From Klebsiella phage KPN N141, in sequence record MF415412.1: a DNA stretch of 48,075 nucleotides. The stretch is one strand, 5' to 3'. Numbering within the stretch: position 1 is the first letter of the stretch; every line of letters starts with the position of its first letter. Positions 31,086 through 41,119 of the stretch are shown here, one piece after another. A program made the translations under genes and the position numbers. The notes under the pieces were generated by a model that searched no databases, had not been told where the DNA came from, and worked only from the letters and a program-made list of their open reading frames with translations.

Positions 31086-34052
31086 ATGGCTGATAAAGTA
31101 GCTGGGTTGACGTTTGGCGTTGACGTTTCGCAGGTTGACAAAGCGGTACGATCACTCGCAGAACTGAAAAACCAAAGCCAGCAAACGGGCGCTGGCCTAC
31201 AGTCGCTTGCAGACGCTGAAAGGCGGGCCACGGCGCAGACCGAGGAAATGAACCGCGCGTTGCAGCGGCAGAAGCAAGAGACTGACAAATCAAAAACCAG
31301 CTTTAGCAGGATCGCAAGCGCCATCGATCCCACGATCTCAAAAATGGCCAACTTGCGCAAAGCTACAGAAGAACTTGATAAGGCGTGGGCTTTGGGGCTT
31401 GTTCCAGATAAGGAATTTTTCCGCCTGGGCGCTATCATCGAATCTACTACCAACCAACTACGGCGGCAGCAGGCGGCGCTAACCGAAGAAGGTCGCGCAG
31501 CAATCGCAGAGGCGGAGGCAAAGCAGAAGGCGGCAAACGCCGGGCGTGATTTTGTCGCCAGTCTGAAACAGCAGGCTGAATCCATCGGGAAAACACGCGC
31601 CGAACTGCTGGAAATGAAGGCGGCGCAATTGGGCGTGTCGGCAGAAGCGGCACCGTTCATTAATGCCCTGAAGCAGCAGGAGCAAGCATTAAAGAAACAG
31701 CAAAACGCTATGGGCCTGGCTGGCATTTCTGCCGGGCAATATAAAATGGCCATGCGCCAGTTACCGATGCAGATCACTGACATTGTAACGTCGCTTGCTT
31801 CAGGTATGCCAATCTGGCTGGTTGCGGTGCAGCAGGGCGGGCAAATCAAGGACAGCTTCGGCGGCTTGAGCAATACGTTTAAGGTGTTGTTGAGCTACAT
31901 CAACCCGCTAACAGTTGGCGCTGCGTCGTTGGGTATCGCGCTGGCAGCAATCGCTAAAGCTGGTTATGACTCATGGAGTGCGCAACGAGAACTGGCGAAT
32001 GCGCTGGTGCTGACTGGTGGCTATGCTGCGACCACAACCGGGCAGATCACAGCCTTAACAGAAGAGATTAACAAAAACTCATCGGCTACGATTGGCAGCA
32101 TTCAGGAAATCGCAACATCGCTCGCCAGTTCTGGTAAGTACACCATCAACCAGATTAAGCAGATCACGAAGACTACGGCGGAATGGTCGGCGCAGACGGG
32201 GGAGAGCGAGAAGACGATCACAGGGTATTTTGATGCCATCGTAAAAGACCCTGTTAAGGGGCTTGCCGATCTCAATGAGCGTTTTAATTTTCTGAAAGAG
32301 GGCCAGCTAACCTACATCGAATCTTTGCGTAAAACCAAAGGCGAGACGGCGGCAGCAGATGCGGCGACAAAACTGTTTGCTGATACTATGGATAAGCGCC
32401 TTAAAGATATCGCGGACAGCGCAACGCCGCTCGAAACGATGTGGATGGATATTAAAAAATGGGCGGCTGACTCGTGGAAGTGGGTAGGCGATCACACGGT
32501 AGGGGCGCTAAACCTTATCGTTGACACGGTTTCCGCAATCATCAACACGATCAGGAAGCTGATTGCCGACGGCGACGCCATGATCGCGCAGTTCATCGTT
32601 GACGCTGGCCGACAGCTACAGAAGATCCCCGGCATGGGAGACTTTGGGAATGACTTTCTGGCGCAGCAGGAGCAGTTAATCAAGGACTCGAAAGCCAAAT
32701 CAGCCGAGCTTGCAAAAACCATTGCGGAACAGCAGGCAAGGATCGCAAAAGGCGAGATGGGTTACATTGACGCCGCGAAGGATAAAACCCTTTCCGGTGG
32801 GTACAGCAGCAAAACGAAGGATCGCGTAAATCAGGAAGAAAAAGATATCCTGAAAAACCGCAACGCCAGGAAGCAGCAGGTAGACGCGGGCGTTAAAATT
32901 GATGAGCAGTATCAGGCTGAACTGCTATCGCTACAGGCGCAGTTAAAGGTTTTGCAGCAGCACAAAGGGCTTGATGACAAGATCAGCCAGCAGCGCAAAG
33001 ACTACTTCGAGACGGTTGCTAAATTCCAGGTTTTGGAAGAGGCAAGCCAGAAGCGAAAACTGACCCAAAGCGAACAGCAGATGCTGGCGAACAAAAAGAA
33101 TATCCTGTACATGGCAGAGCAAAAGGCCATTGTGGGAGATCAGATTGTTCAGCAGCAGCGACTGAACGCCTTGCTTGACAAGTCGACCAAGTATCAAAAC
33201 CAGATGGCGGAGAAAACAAAAGCGCTACAGGATACCGCCGGAATGGGTAGCAAGGAGCAGGAGAGATACCGGGCCAATGCGCAGATGGCGGCTGACTGGA
33301 AAAACAGCGGCGGATCTTTAAGTGACCCCGGATTTAAAGCCATGCAGGATGCAAGCAATAAATTCTACGCACAGCAAGATGCGCAAATGCTGAACTGGAA
33401 GGCCGGGTTTACTCACGCGTGGGCTGACATTGGCGACGAAGTTAATGACGTATACACCAACATCGGGGATATTACTAAAAACGCATTTAACGGCATGGCG
33501 AGCGTGCTGACTGATTTTGTTATGACTGGTAAGGCCAGCTTTAGCGACTTCGCAAGAAGCGTTATCGGTGACATTACCAACATGCTTATCAAGATGGCGC
33601 TGTTTAACTCGCTTTCTGCCGCGTTTGGTGGTGGCGGTACGTTCAGCTTCGCCAACATGTTCAGCAAGGGATTTTCTGGCGGCGGTTACACTGGCGACGG
33701 CGGGAAGTATGAGCCAAAAGGCGTTGTTCACGGCGGGGAATTCGTGTTCACGAAGGAGGCTACGCAAAGGTTAGGCCCGGAAAACCTATACCGACTAATG
33801 CGCGGCTATGCAAGTGGCGGCCTGGTTGGGGGTAACGCAAGCTCCGGATCTGGAATCACCAACGGCGGCAACGTCGCGGCGTCGGCGGCTATGGTGTTTA
33901 CCATTGGTGATATTAACATCACGATGGGTTCCGGTCAGGATAGCAAGGGGTTAGAGCAGGGCGTAAGGCAGATCGTGAACGATATGTTCACCGAGGCTTT
34001 GAGCCAAAACGGGCGCATTGCGAAGTTCGTCAATGAGAAAACGAGGAGGTAG
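31086..34052 (+). CDS. tail tape measure protein
   Basis: 988 aa, 'LTFGVDVSQVDKAVRSLAELKNQS', 'QLPMQITDIVTSLASGMPIWLVAVQQGGQI', C-terminal 'GGGTFSFANMFSKGFSGGGYTGDG'. Confidence 0.93.
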   Translation: MADKVAGLTFGVDVSQVDKAVRSLAELKNQSQQTGAGLQSLADAERRATAQTEEMNRALQRQKQETDKSKTSFSRIASAIDPTISKMANLRKATEELDKAWALGLVPDKEFFRLGAIIESTTNQLRRQQAALTEEGRAAIAEAEAKQKAANAGRDFVASLKQQAESIGKTRAELLEMKAAQLGVSAEAAPFINALKQQEQALKKQQNAMGLAGISAGQYKMAMRQLPMQITDIVTSLASGMPIWLVAVQQGGQIKDSFGGLSNTFKVLLSYINPLTVGAASLGIALAAIAKAGYDSWSAQRELANALVLTGGYAATTTGQITALTEEINKNSSATIGSIQEIATSLASSGKYTINQIKQITKTTAEWSAQTGESEKTITGYFDAIVKDPVKGLADLNERFNFLKEGQLTYIESLRKTKGETAAADAATKLFADTMDKRLKDIADSATPLETMWMDIKKWAADSWKWVGDHTVGALNLIVDTVSAIINTIRKLIADGDAMIAQFIVDAGRQLQKIPGMGDFGNDFLAQQEQLIKDSKAKSAELAKTIAEQQARIAKGEMGYIDAAKDKTLSGGYSSKTKDRVNQEEKDILKNRNARKQQVDAGVKIDEQYQAELLSLQAQLKVLQQHKGLDDKISQQRKDYFETVAKFQVLEEASQKRKLTQSEQQMLANKKNILYMAEQKAIVGDQIVQQQRLNALLDKSTKYQNQMAEKTKALQDTAGMGSKEQERYRANAQMAADWKNSGGSLSDPGFKAMQDASNKFYAQQDAQMLNWKAGFTHAWADIGDEVNDVYTNIGDITKNAFNGMASVLTDFVMTGKASFSDFARSVIGDITNMLIKMALFNSLSAAFGGGGTFSFANMFSKGFSGGGYTGDGGKYEPKGVVHGGEFVFTKEATQRLGPENLYRLMRGYASGGLVGGNASSGSGITNGGNVAASAAMVFTIGDINITMGSGQDSKGLEQGVRQIVNDMFTEALSQNGRIAKFVNEKTRR

Positions 34053-34054
34053 TA

Positions 34055-34399
34055 GTGGATTCCTTTAAATGGTGTACGCAAATTCAAGGGGGGGCGGCGA
34101 AGGTCGCCGTCTCCAACAACGTTCGTTCGATCAGCTTTGGAAATGGCTACATCCAAACGGCGTCGAGTGGCATTAACACAAAGCGCCGGACGGTTTCGAT
34201 CGTTTATGGTGGTTCGGATTGGGAAGCGGTTTATGACTTCTGCCAGGAGCACGTAACCAAGCCGTTTGTATGGAAGGCACCGGATGGAAGAATGGGCGTA
34301 TTCGTCGTAACTGCCGACTCCGTTAACCTTGCGCCGCAGGGTGGCGGGGTGTTTGAGGTAACGGCTGAATTCGCCGAACGCTTCACTTCAGCCGGATAA
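34055..34399 (+). CDS. minor tail protein (lambda gpM-like)
   Basis: 'VSIVYGGSDWEAVYDFCQEHVTKPFVWKAPDGRMGVFVV'. Confidence 0.8.
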   Translation: MDSFKWCTQIQGGAAKVAVSNNVRSISFGNGYIQTASSGINTKRRTVSIVYGGSDWEAVYDFCQEHVTKPFVWKAPDGRMGVFVVTADSVNLAPQGGGVFEVTAEFAERFTSAG

Positions 34400-34401
34400 T
34401 C

Positions 34402-34431
34402 AAAAAGCGCCCTTTACGGGTGCTTTTTTTT
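34402..34431 (+). terminator. Rho-independent terminator
   Basis: AAAAAGCGCCC-TTTAC-GGGTGCTTTTTTTT. Confidence 0.7.
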
Positions 34432-34468
34432 GGCCTATGATCTGGAGTCAATTAGAGGAGGGCTTACG

Positions 34469-35221
34469 ATGACAGCCAATGTTTCAAAAGAGTTTGCGAA
34501 CTGCTTACAAAAACTTTTCCCCGGCGAGATCCTAACACTGATCGATATCGACGCCACAAAGTTCGGCGGGCAGGTCTACCGATTCCATAACGAGAACGTC
34601 GCCTATACAACCGAGGAGCTTTTAGCAGCGGTGAACGGCGGGACGCTTCAGCCCAAGATGATCACGTTTCGCGGCGAGCAGTACGGCCCGCGCCCGTTCG
34701 GCCTGGGCGGGATCGCAATGTCGAGCGATGGCACAGTGGAAAAGCCAACGCTGACGGTTAGCAATATTGATGCGCAAGCGAGTGCTCTTATTCGCGCCTA
34801 CAACGGCCTCATGCAAGCCAAAGTTACAGTATGGGTTTTGGTAAAGGAATTGCTACAAAGCGACGGCAGCGTTAAAGAGGGCGATTTTAGGCGATTTGTT
34901 TACTACATCGAGCGACCTAAGAAGGTTGACCCGCAAAAGGCAACGTTCGAATTAACATCCGTGTTTGATATGGATGGATTAATGATCCCGGCACGCCTAA
35001 CGCAAACCGTTTGTTATTGGGCGCAGCGTGGGTGGTACAAGTCTGGCAAAGGATGCGACTACAACGGGCAGAACGGATACTTCGACAAGTTAGGAAACAG
35101 GGTTGACGACCCGGCGCAAGATGTTTGTGGTGGCCTGGTTTCTTCCTGTAGGCTTCGTTTTGGTAATGAGCCGTTGAGTTTCGGCGGTTGTGCGACAGCA
35201 ACGTTAAAGAGTGGTAGCTAA
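34469..35221 (+). CDS. minor tail protein (lambda gpL-like)
   Basis: 'YYIERPKKVDPQKATFELTSVFDMDGLMIPARLTQTVCYWAQRGW' and Cys-containing C-terminal region; AGAGGAGGG RBS. Confidence 0.8.
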   Translation: MTANVSKEFANCLQKLFPGEILTLIDIDATKFGGQVYRFHNENVAYTTEELLAAVNGGTLQPKMITFRGEQYGPRPFGLGGIAMSSDGTVEKPTLTVSNIDAQASALIRAYNGLMQAKVTVWVLVKELLQSDGSVKEGDFRRFVYYIERPKKVDPQKATFELTSVFDMDGLMIPARLTQTVCYWAQRGWYKSGKGCDYNGQNGYFDKLGNRVDDPAQDVCGGLVSSCRLRFGNEPLSFGGCATATLKSGS

Positions 35222-35222
35222 T

Positions 35223-35960
35223 ATGTTGACTCCGAAAATTAAAATGCAGATCATGCAGCACGCGAAGGAAGTCTACCCGCACGAATGCGCCGGGCTGGTA
35301 ACGCAAAAATCACGCGTGCAAAAATATCACCGACTCGACAACGTTTCACCAGATCCTGAGAACGAGTCAATGCCGGACGAAACGCAGTATGCGCTGGCAT
35401 CAATGGATGGCGAGCCGATCGCGTTCGTTCATTCTCACACTGGCGACGGCGCAACCACGACACCAAGCGCCACAGATTTATGCTTTTGCGATGAGTCTGG
35501 CTTGTCGTGGGTTATCGTATCCATCCCGGAAGGTGACATGCGAATCATTGAGCCTAAGCGCCGTCCGCTGATTGGTCGCCCCTGGGCTTTGGGGGCTTAT
35601 GATTGCTATGGCCTTATTATGGATTTTCACAAGCGCCACGGCGTCACGCTAAAAGATCGGCGGGTTCCGTTCGAATGGTGGAAGCCGGAATACAAAGAGA
35701 ATCTTTACCAGGACTACTGGCAAGAGGACGGGTTCATTGAAAACACTGGCGAGCCTGAAGTTGGCGATATGATCATCTTCCAGCTTCAGGCGGAGAAGTG
35801 GAATCACGCGGGGATTTACGTTGGAAATAACAACATCCTTCATCATGCTTATGGCAAGCTGTCTCGCCGGGATATCTATTCTGGATGGTACGAGCAGCAT
35901 AAGGTTCTAATTTGCAGGCACAAGGAGCTTAAACATGGCATCACATACAAAGACGATTAA
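35223..35960 (+). CDS. minor tail protein K-like: JAMM/Mov34 plus NlpC/P60 domains
   Basis: 'VYPHECAGLV...FVHSHTGDGATTTPSATD' (H-x-H...S..D) and 'GAYDCYGLIMDFHKRHGVTL...WNHAGIYVGNNNILHH'. Confidence 0.88.
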   Translation: MLTPKIKMQIMQHAKEVYPHECAGLVTQKSRVQKYHRLDNVSPDPENESMPDETQYALASMDGEPIAFVHSHTGDGATTTPSATDLCFCDESGLSWVIVSIPEGDMRIIEPKRRPLIGRPWALGAYDCYGLIMDFHKRHGVTLKDRRVPFEWWKPEYKENLYQDYWQEDGFIENTGEPEVGDMIIFQLQAEKWNHAGIYVGNNNILHHAYGKLSRRDIYSGWYEQHKVLICRHKELKHGITYKDD

Positions 35961-36537
35961 ACTTTCTGGTTCCCTGGGGCGTCGGTTCGGCGTATTCCAC
36001 AAACTTGCGGTTGATTCGGTTGCTGAATGTATCCGGGCGCTGTCTTACCAGGTGGAAGGGTTTAAGCCGTTCATGCAGAGCAAAGTTGGTTCAAACATGC
36101 GCTTCGGTATCATCGCAGACGGAAAACCAATCAGCACGAACGACTTTGCGACTTTTGCCGTGGCAAAGGAGATTAGAATCATCCCGATCCCAAAAGCCAG
36201 AAAGAACGGCGGGTTGTTGCAGATCGTTATCGGCGCGGCGATTATGGTAGCGGCGTTCTACACTGGCGGCGCAGCATTGGCCGAGATGGGCGCTTTTGCA
36301 TCGGCGGCCTTTATGGCTGGTGGCTCAATGGTTTTGGGTGGCGTAATGCAGATGATCGCACCGCAGATGGGCGGCAACATGCGGGCGAGCGAATCGCCTG
36401 AGAATAAGCCATCGTATGCGTTCGGCGGGCCTATTAACACCACGGCGGCAGGTTATCCAATCCAATTACCATACGGTTACAGATTGGCTGGCGGCGCATT
36501 GTTCGGTTCTGGATCTTACGCAGAAGACAACAACTAA
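35935..36537 (+). CDS. tail assembly protein I-like
   Basis: 'KTIKLSGSLGRRFGVFHKLAVDSVAECIRALSYQVEGFKPFMQ', Gly/Ala-rich C terminus. Confidence 0.85.
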   Translation: MASHTKTIKLSGSLGRRFGVFHKLAVDSVAECIRALSYQVEGFKPFMQSKVGSNMRFGIIADGKPISTNDFATFAVAKEIRIIPIPKARKNGGLLQIVIGAAIMVAAFYTGGAALAEMGAFASAAFMAGGSMVLGGVMQMIAPQMGGNMRASESPENKPSYAFGGPINTTAAGYPIQLPYGYRLAGGALFGSGSYAEDNN

Positions 36538-36624
36538 TTAAGCCATTCGCTTTTTAGCCTTGGGGCGTAGCCTCCGGGCTTTTTGTCGTTTACAATTGCG
36601 AGACTATTAACAGGAGGCTAAACG

Positions 36625-39600
36625 ATGAATAATATCAAGGCCCGTAAGGGTGGCTCCAGCAAGCCGCGAACCCCGGTAGAAATGCCAGATAACCTGATCT
36701 CAAAAGATAAGATCAAGTTGTTGCTTGCTGTTTCAGATGGCGAGGTGGTTAACGACTTCAGCCTGAAGCAGTTGTATTTTGGCGGCGTCCCGGTTCAGAA
36801 CGAGGATGGAACATTCAACTATGAGGGCGTGATTGCAGAGTTCCGCCCCGGCACGCAAACGCAGGACTACATTCAGGGCTTCAGCGAGTCAAGTGCTGAA
36901 TTCCAGGTTGCTCGTGAAGTCACTCACAACACGCCTTATACGCTTACCGTATCGAACAAAAATCTGTCTGCTATTCGCTTTCGCCTGTTATGGCCCCGCG
37001 TTCTGAAGCAAAAAGATAACGGCGATATGGTCGGATCGGTTGTTGAGTACAAGATCGAGATGGCGGTAGATGGTGCAAGTTATCAGACCTACCTAACTGG
37101 CAAAATTGACGGCAAGAACACGACTGGCGGTTACGATCGGAGCATTCGCGTTAACCTGCCGCAAAACTTCACGTCGCAGGTTCTTATCCGCGTGAGCAGA
37201 GTAACGCCGGACTCTGACGGGGTGAAGGTTGTCGATGCCTTCCAGGTTCAATCCTACGCTGAGGTCATTGATGCAAAATTCCGCTACCCGTTAACGGCCA
37301 TGCTTTACGTTGAGTTCGATAGTGATCTGTTCCAGAACCAGATCCCCACTATTTCACTCAAAAAGAAATGGAAGATTATCCAGGTTCCGAGCAACTACGA
37401 TCCGATTAATCGCACGTACTCCGGAACGTGGGACGGTGTTTTTAAGTGGGCGTGGAGCAATAACCCGGCATGGGTGCTTTATGACCTGATCATGAATAAG
37501 CGCTATGGTTTAGACCAGCGCGAACTTGGCATCCCGGTTGACAAGTGGTCGCTGTATGAGGTGGCGCAATACTGTGATGAGCTTGTGCCGGACAATCGCG
37601 GCGGGATGGAACCGCGCTATTTGATGGATGTAGTTGTTCAGTCGCAGGTTGAGGCGTTCCAGTTGGTAAGGGATATTTGTTCCGCGTTCCGTGGAATGAC
37701 GTTCTACAACGGTGAAAGCCTTTCGATTATCGTCGACAAGCCGCGCGATCCGGTGTACCTGTTTACGGCTGATAACGTCGTTGATGGAGTGTTCGTTCGG
37801 ACGTTCCCAAGCGAAAAGACGATGTATACATCGTGCAACGTTATGTTCGACGACGAAGAAAACCAGTATGAACAGGATGTTGAACCAGTTTTCAACCCGG
37901 ATGCAGCCATGCGATTTGGCCACAACCCAACGAGCATTACAGCGATCGGGTGTACCAGAAGGACTGAGGCGAACCGCCGTGGGCGTTGGATTCTGCAAAC
38001 GAACCTAAGCGCTACAACCGTTTCGTTTTCGACTGGCCTGGAAGGTATGATTCCTTCTTGCGGCGATGTAATTTACGTTGCAGATCCGCATTGGCAATCG
38101 GCTTTTAACCTGGTGCTTTCGGGGCGAATCATGGAAGTAACGGGAACGCAGGTTTTCCTGGCTTTCCGCTGCGACGCGAAGGCTGGCGACACTCTGATCC
38201 TGAACACTGACGACGGCAAGCCTGTGCGACGCACAATCGCCAGCGTTTCGGCTGACGGTAAGACCCTCACGCTAAACGTTGGGTATAACTTTGACGTTGC
38301 GCCGGACAGCGTATTCCTGATCGAGAGCGATCAGCTTGCAGCGGAACAGTATGTAGTAACCCGGATTGAAAAGGGTAGTGATGACGACGAATTCACCTTT
38401 GCCATCACAGCTACGCAGTACAACCCGAACAAGTATGACGCGATCGACAACGGAGTAATTACCGACGAACGACCAACTTCGGTTGTTGACCCGGATTCAA
38501 TGGGCGCTCCGAAAGACTTAACGATTAGCTCGTTTTCTCGCATTGTTCAGGGAATGAGCGTAGAAACGATGGTGATCGGCTGGTCTGCCGTGCAGTATGC
38601 AAAACTGTACGAGGTGCAATGGCGCAAGGATGGTGGGAACTGGAACAACGTTCCGCGAACTGCTACAACGCAGGTTGATATCGAAGGCATCTATGCTGGC
38701 GAGTATCAGGCCCGCGTGAGGTGCATTAGTGGCGGGAATGTAGCGTCTCCGTGGTCTGCATTGGCAACCGCCACACTGACCGGGAAAGTCGGAGCGCCAA
38801 AAGGCCCGATTAACCTGTTTGCGTCGGACAATGAGATCTTCGGCATTCGAGTTAAGTGGGCTATGCCGGAAGGTGCGGAAGACACGGCATACATTGAGCT
38901 TTACCAGTCGCAAAGCGGAACCGATCAGGACGCAAGCCTGCTTACACTGATTCCTTACCCGGCGGCTGAATACTGGCATTCAATTTTGCCCGCTGGCTAC
39001 GTGAACTTCTACAAAGCCAGAAGCGTAGACCGGATCGGCAACGTTTCAGAATGGACTGATTACGCTCGCGGTATGTCTTCGACTGACGTTAACATCATCA
39101 CAGATGCGATCCTGGATGAAATCCTGGACAGCGACGCGATGAAGGAGCTTCAGGAGAGTGCGCAGGATAGCGCGGCAAAACTCAATGACTACGCGAACAG
39201 CATCATTCAAAACGCTTTGGCGAATGATGCGGACGTCAGGGTTATGCGCAAGGAGAACGGCAAGCGGAAGGCTGAGATCGCGCATACTACGGTGCTGATT
39301 GCCAACGAATCAGAAGCGAGGGCGGCTGAAATTACGCAGCTTAAAGCGCAGATTGATGAAGATATCACATCGCAGATCACGACCCTTAACGAAGCCCTGG
39401 CGACGGAAAGCGAGACGAGAGCAACGCAGATCGGTCAGTTGCAGGCAGATTTTGCGGCTGATATTGACGGCGTAAAAACAACCATGAACGCTGGTTTTAC
39501 GCAGGTTAATCAGGCTATTGCAAATGAAAGCGACGCGCGTGCAAGTTCCGAGGCGGCACTAGATGCCAAAATCGGGCAGAACTCCGCAGCGCTAAACCAG

Positions 39601-40071
39601 AAACTCGACTCGTGGGCAAACGTTAATGGCGTCGGTTCAATGTACACGATGAAGTTAGGCCTGAAGTACAACGGACAGGAATACAATTCCGGGATGGCCC
39701 TACAGCTTACCTCAAGGGGTGGAAGCGTTGTTTCGCAGGTGCTGTTTATTGCTGATAGATTTGCTATCATCCGTAATGCAGCGTCGGGATCTTACACGTT
39801 GCCGTTCGTTGTACAGAATGACCAGGTGTTCATGAATAACGCGCTGATTCAGGATGGCTCAATCACCAACGCGAAGATCGGTAACGTCATTCAGTCCAAC
39901 AACTTTCAGGAGAATGTTGCAGGATGGAGGCTTGATAAAAACGGCGTATTTGTCAACTATGGTTCAACATCTGGCGAAGGTTCCATCAAGCAAACTAACC
40001 AGAACATCACGGTTCGAGATGGTAGCGGCCGCGTTCGTTGCCAGTTGGGTAGGATCACTGGCGCATGGTAA
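36625..40071 (+). CDS. host specificity / central tail fibre protein J-like
   Basis: 1148 aa, 'LKQLYFGGVPVQNEDGTFNYEGVIAEFRPGTQTQDYIQGF', FN3-like domains, C-terminal coiled regions. Confidence 0.92.
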   Translation: MNNIKARKGGSSKPRTPVEMPDNLISKDKIKLLLAVSDGEVVNDFSLKQLYFGGVPVQNEDGTFNYEGVIAEFRPGTQTQDYIQGFSESSAEFQVAREVTHNTPYTLTVSNKNLSAIRFRLLWPRVLKQKDNGDMVGSVVEYKIEMAVDGASYQTYLTGKIDGKNTTGGYDRSIRVNLPQNFTSQVLIRVSRVTPDSDGVKVVDAFQVQSYAEVIDAKFRYPLTAMLYVEFDSDLFQNQIPTISLKKKWKIIQVPSNYDPINRTYSGTWDGVFKWAWSNNPAWVLYDLIMNKRYGLDQRELGIPVDKWSLYEVAQYCDELVPDNRGGMEPRYLMDVVVQSQVEAFQLVRDICSAFRGMTFYNGESLSIIVDKPRDPVYLFTADNVVDGVFVRTFPSEKTMYTSCNVMFDDEENQYEQDVEPVFNPDAAMRFGHNPTSITAIGCTRRTEANRRGRWILQTNLSATTVSFSTGLEGMIPSCGDVIYVADPHWQSAFNLVLSGRIMEVTGTQVFLAFRCDAKAGDTLILNTDDGKPVRRTIASVSADGKTLTLNVGYNFDVAPDSVFLIESDQLAAEQYVVTRIEKGSDDDEFTFAITATQYNPNKYDAIDNGVITDERPTSVVDPDSMGAPKDLTISSFSRIVQGMSVETMVIGWSAVQYAKLYEVQWRKDGGNWNNVPRTATTQVDIEGIYAGEYQARVRCISGGNVASPWSALATATLTGKVGAPKGPINLFASDNEIFGIRVKWAMPEGAEDTAYIELYQSQSGTDQDASLLTLIPYPAAEYWHSILPAGYVNFYKARSVDRIGNVSEWTDYARGMSSTDVNIITDAILDEILDSDAMKELQESAQDSAAKLNDYANSIIQNALANDADVRVMRKENGKRKAEIAHTTVLIANESEARAAEITQLKAQIDEDITSQITTLNEALATESETRATQIGQLQADFAADIDGVKTTMNAGFTQVNQAIANESDARASSEAALDAKIGQNSAALNQKLDSWANVNGVGSMYTMKLGLKYNGQEYNSGMALQLTSRGGSVVSQVLFIADRFAIIRNAASGSYTLPFVVQNDQVFMNNALIQDGSITNAKIGNVIQSNNFQENVAGWRLDKNGVFVNYGSTSGEGSIKQTNQNITVRDGSGRVRCQLGRITGAW

Positions 40072-40116
40072 AATTAACGCCGGGAGAAATCCCGGCTTAA
40101 CCAATGGAGGTATTTT

Positions 40117-40425
40117 ATGGCTTATGGCTTTCAATCTTGGGATGCGAACGGGAACCCCAACAACTATGGAATCGTCCCTGTTTCGGTTGCTGGATATATT
40201 GCTTTGGCGCAAGGCCAGAAAAGCGGAACATGGTATTACAACGTTCCACCTGGTTTAAGGTTGGGTTTCTTTTGGGTCGCAAATCAAGACCAGTATGGCA
40301 CATCGAAGAGGCGAATTACCGTTAGCGGAAATCAGATCGTTGTTTCTGATGCGCCAGATAATGCGCTGGAATCGGGCGTCTACCCGGCGACGCAGGGCTT
40401 TATTGTTGTTCAAATTATGAGTTGA
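40117..40425 (+). CDS. small tail tip/fibre-associated protein
   Basis: 'MAYGFQSWDANGNPNNYGIVPVSVAGYIALAQGQKSGTWYYNVPPG'; downstream of J. Confidence 0.6.
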   Translation: MAYGFQSWDANGNPNNYGIVPVSVAGYIALAQGQKSGTWYYNVPPGLRLGFFWVANQDQYGTSKRRITVSGNQIVVSDAPDNALESGVYPATQGFIVVQIMS

Positions 40426-40430
40426 AGATT

Positions 40431-41090
40431 ATGGCAGATTACGGAATTTTACTTACCAATGATAGAGGCAATGTTTGGGTTTCGCCTCAAAGCATCCCGC
40501 TGGCACTGCTATCAAAGCAAGGCATCACTCTTAGGGGGGGGACTCACTCCGATGAGGTGAGATCGGTAACTTACGACACGAATCACCCATGCGTTCCATT
40601 CGTTGTCTTTCATGGCTCTTCGCCACAAGGTGCATTCACAAAAATCAGGTACAGCGGAAACACTTGCAGCGTTGTTTTTTCTTTTGGTAAGCAAAACGTA
40701 TATGCGGAGGTTTATTTTTTCTCTGTGTTCCCACAGTCAAATCCTGGTTATGGGCTTGCAATTTGGGATGAAAACGGCACGCTGATTTTGACCAATGAAA
40801 CCAGAACACTTTCAGACGTACAGACCTACGGCACTGGTTTTAATCTAAACGTCACTAACGGCGGGAAGTGGGCGGTTAGTCCTGTTCAGTTAGGCGCGAT
40901 CGTTGGTGTTATTCGTGATCCATACCCAAGACCATTTCAGGGAGACTATTGCGCAGCGGCATTCTTTAACGGCTCAAGCACGCAACTTACCGCATATCTA
41001 ACGCAGGCACCAGGAGGGGTCGCCAGCGATCTAACCTCCGTCGATATGAAAAACACCTGCATCGCTATTGATTGCGCAAGGTATGATTAA
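40431..41090 (+). CDS. tail-associated protein
   Basis: 'MADYGILLTNDRGNVWVSPQSIPLALLSKQGITLRGG...VYAEVYFFSVFPQSNPGYGLAIWDENGTLILTNETRTL'. Confidence 0.6.
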   Translation: MADYGILLTNDRGNVWVSPQSIPLALLSKQGITLRGGTHSDEVRSVTYDTNHPCVPFVVFHGSSPQGAFTKIRYSGNTCSVVFSFGKQNVYAEVYFFSVFPQSNPGYGLAIWDENGTLILTNETRTLSDVQTYGTGFNLNVTNGGKWAVSPVQLGAIVGVIRDPYPRPFQGDYCAAAFFNGSSTQLTAYLTQAPGGVASDLTSVDMKNTCIAIDCARYD

Positions 41091-41097
41091 AAAGAAA

Positions 41098-41119
41098 GGG
41101 GCCATACGGCCCCTTTTTT
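41098..41119 (+). terminator. Rho-independent terminator (convergent gene junction)
   Basis: GGGGCC-ATAC-GGCCCC TTTTTT. Confidence 0.85.
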
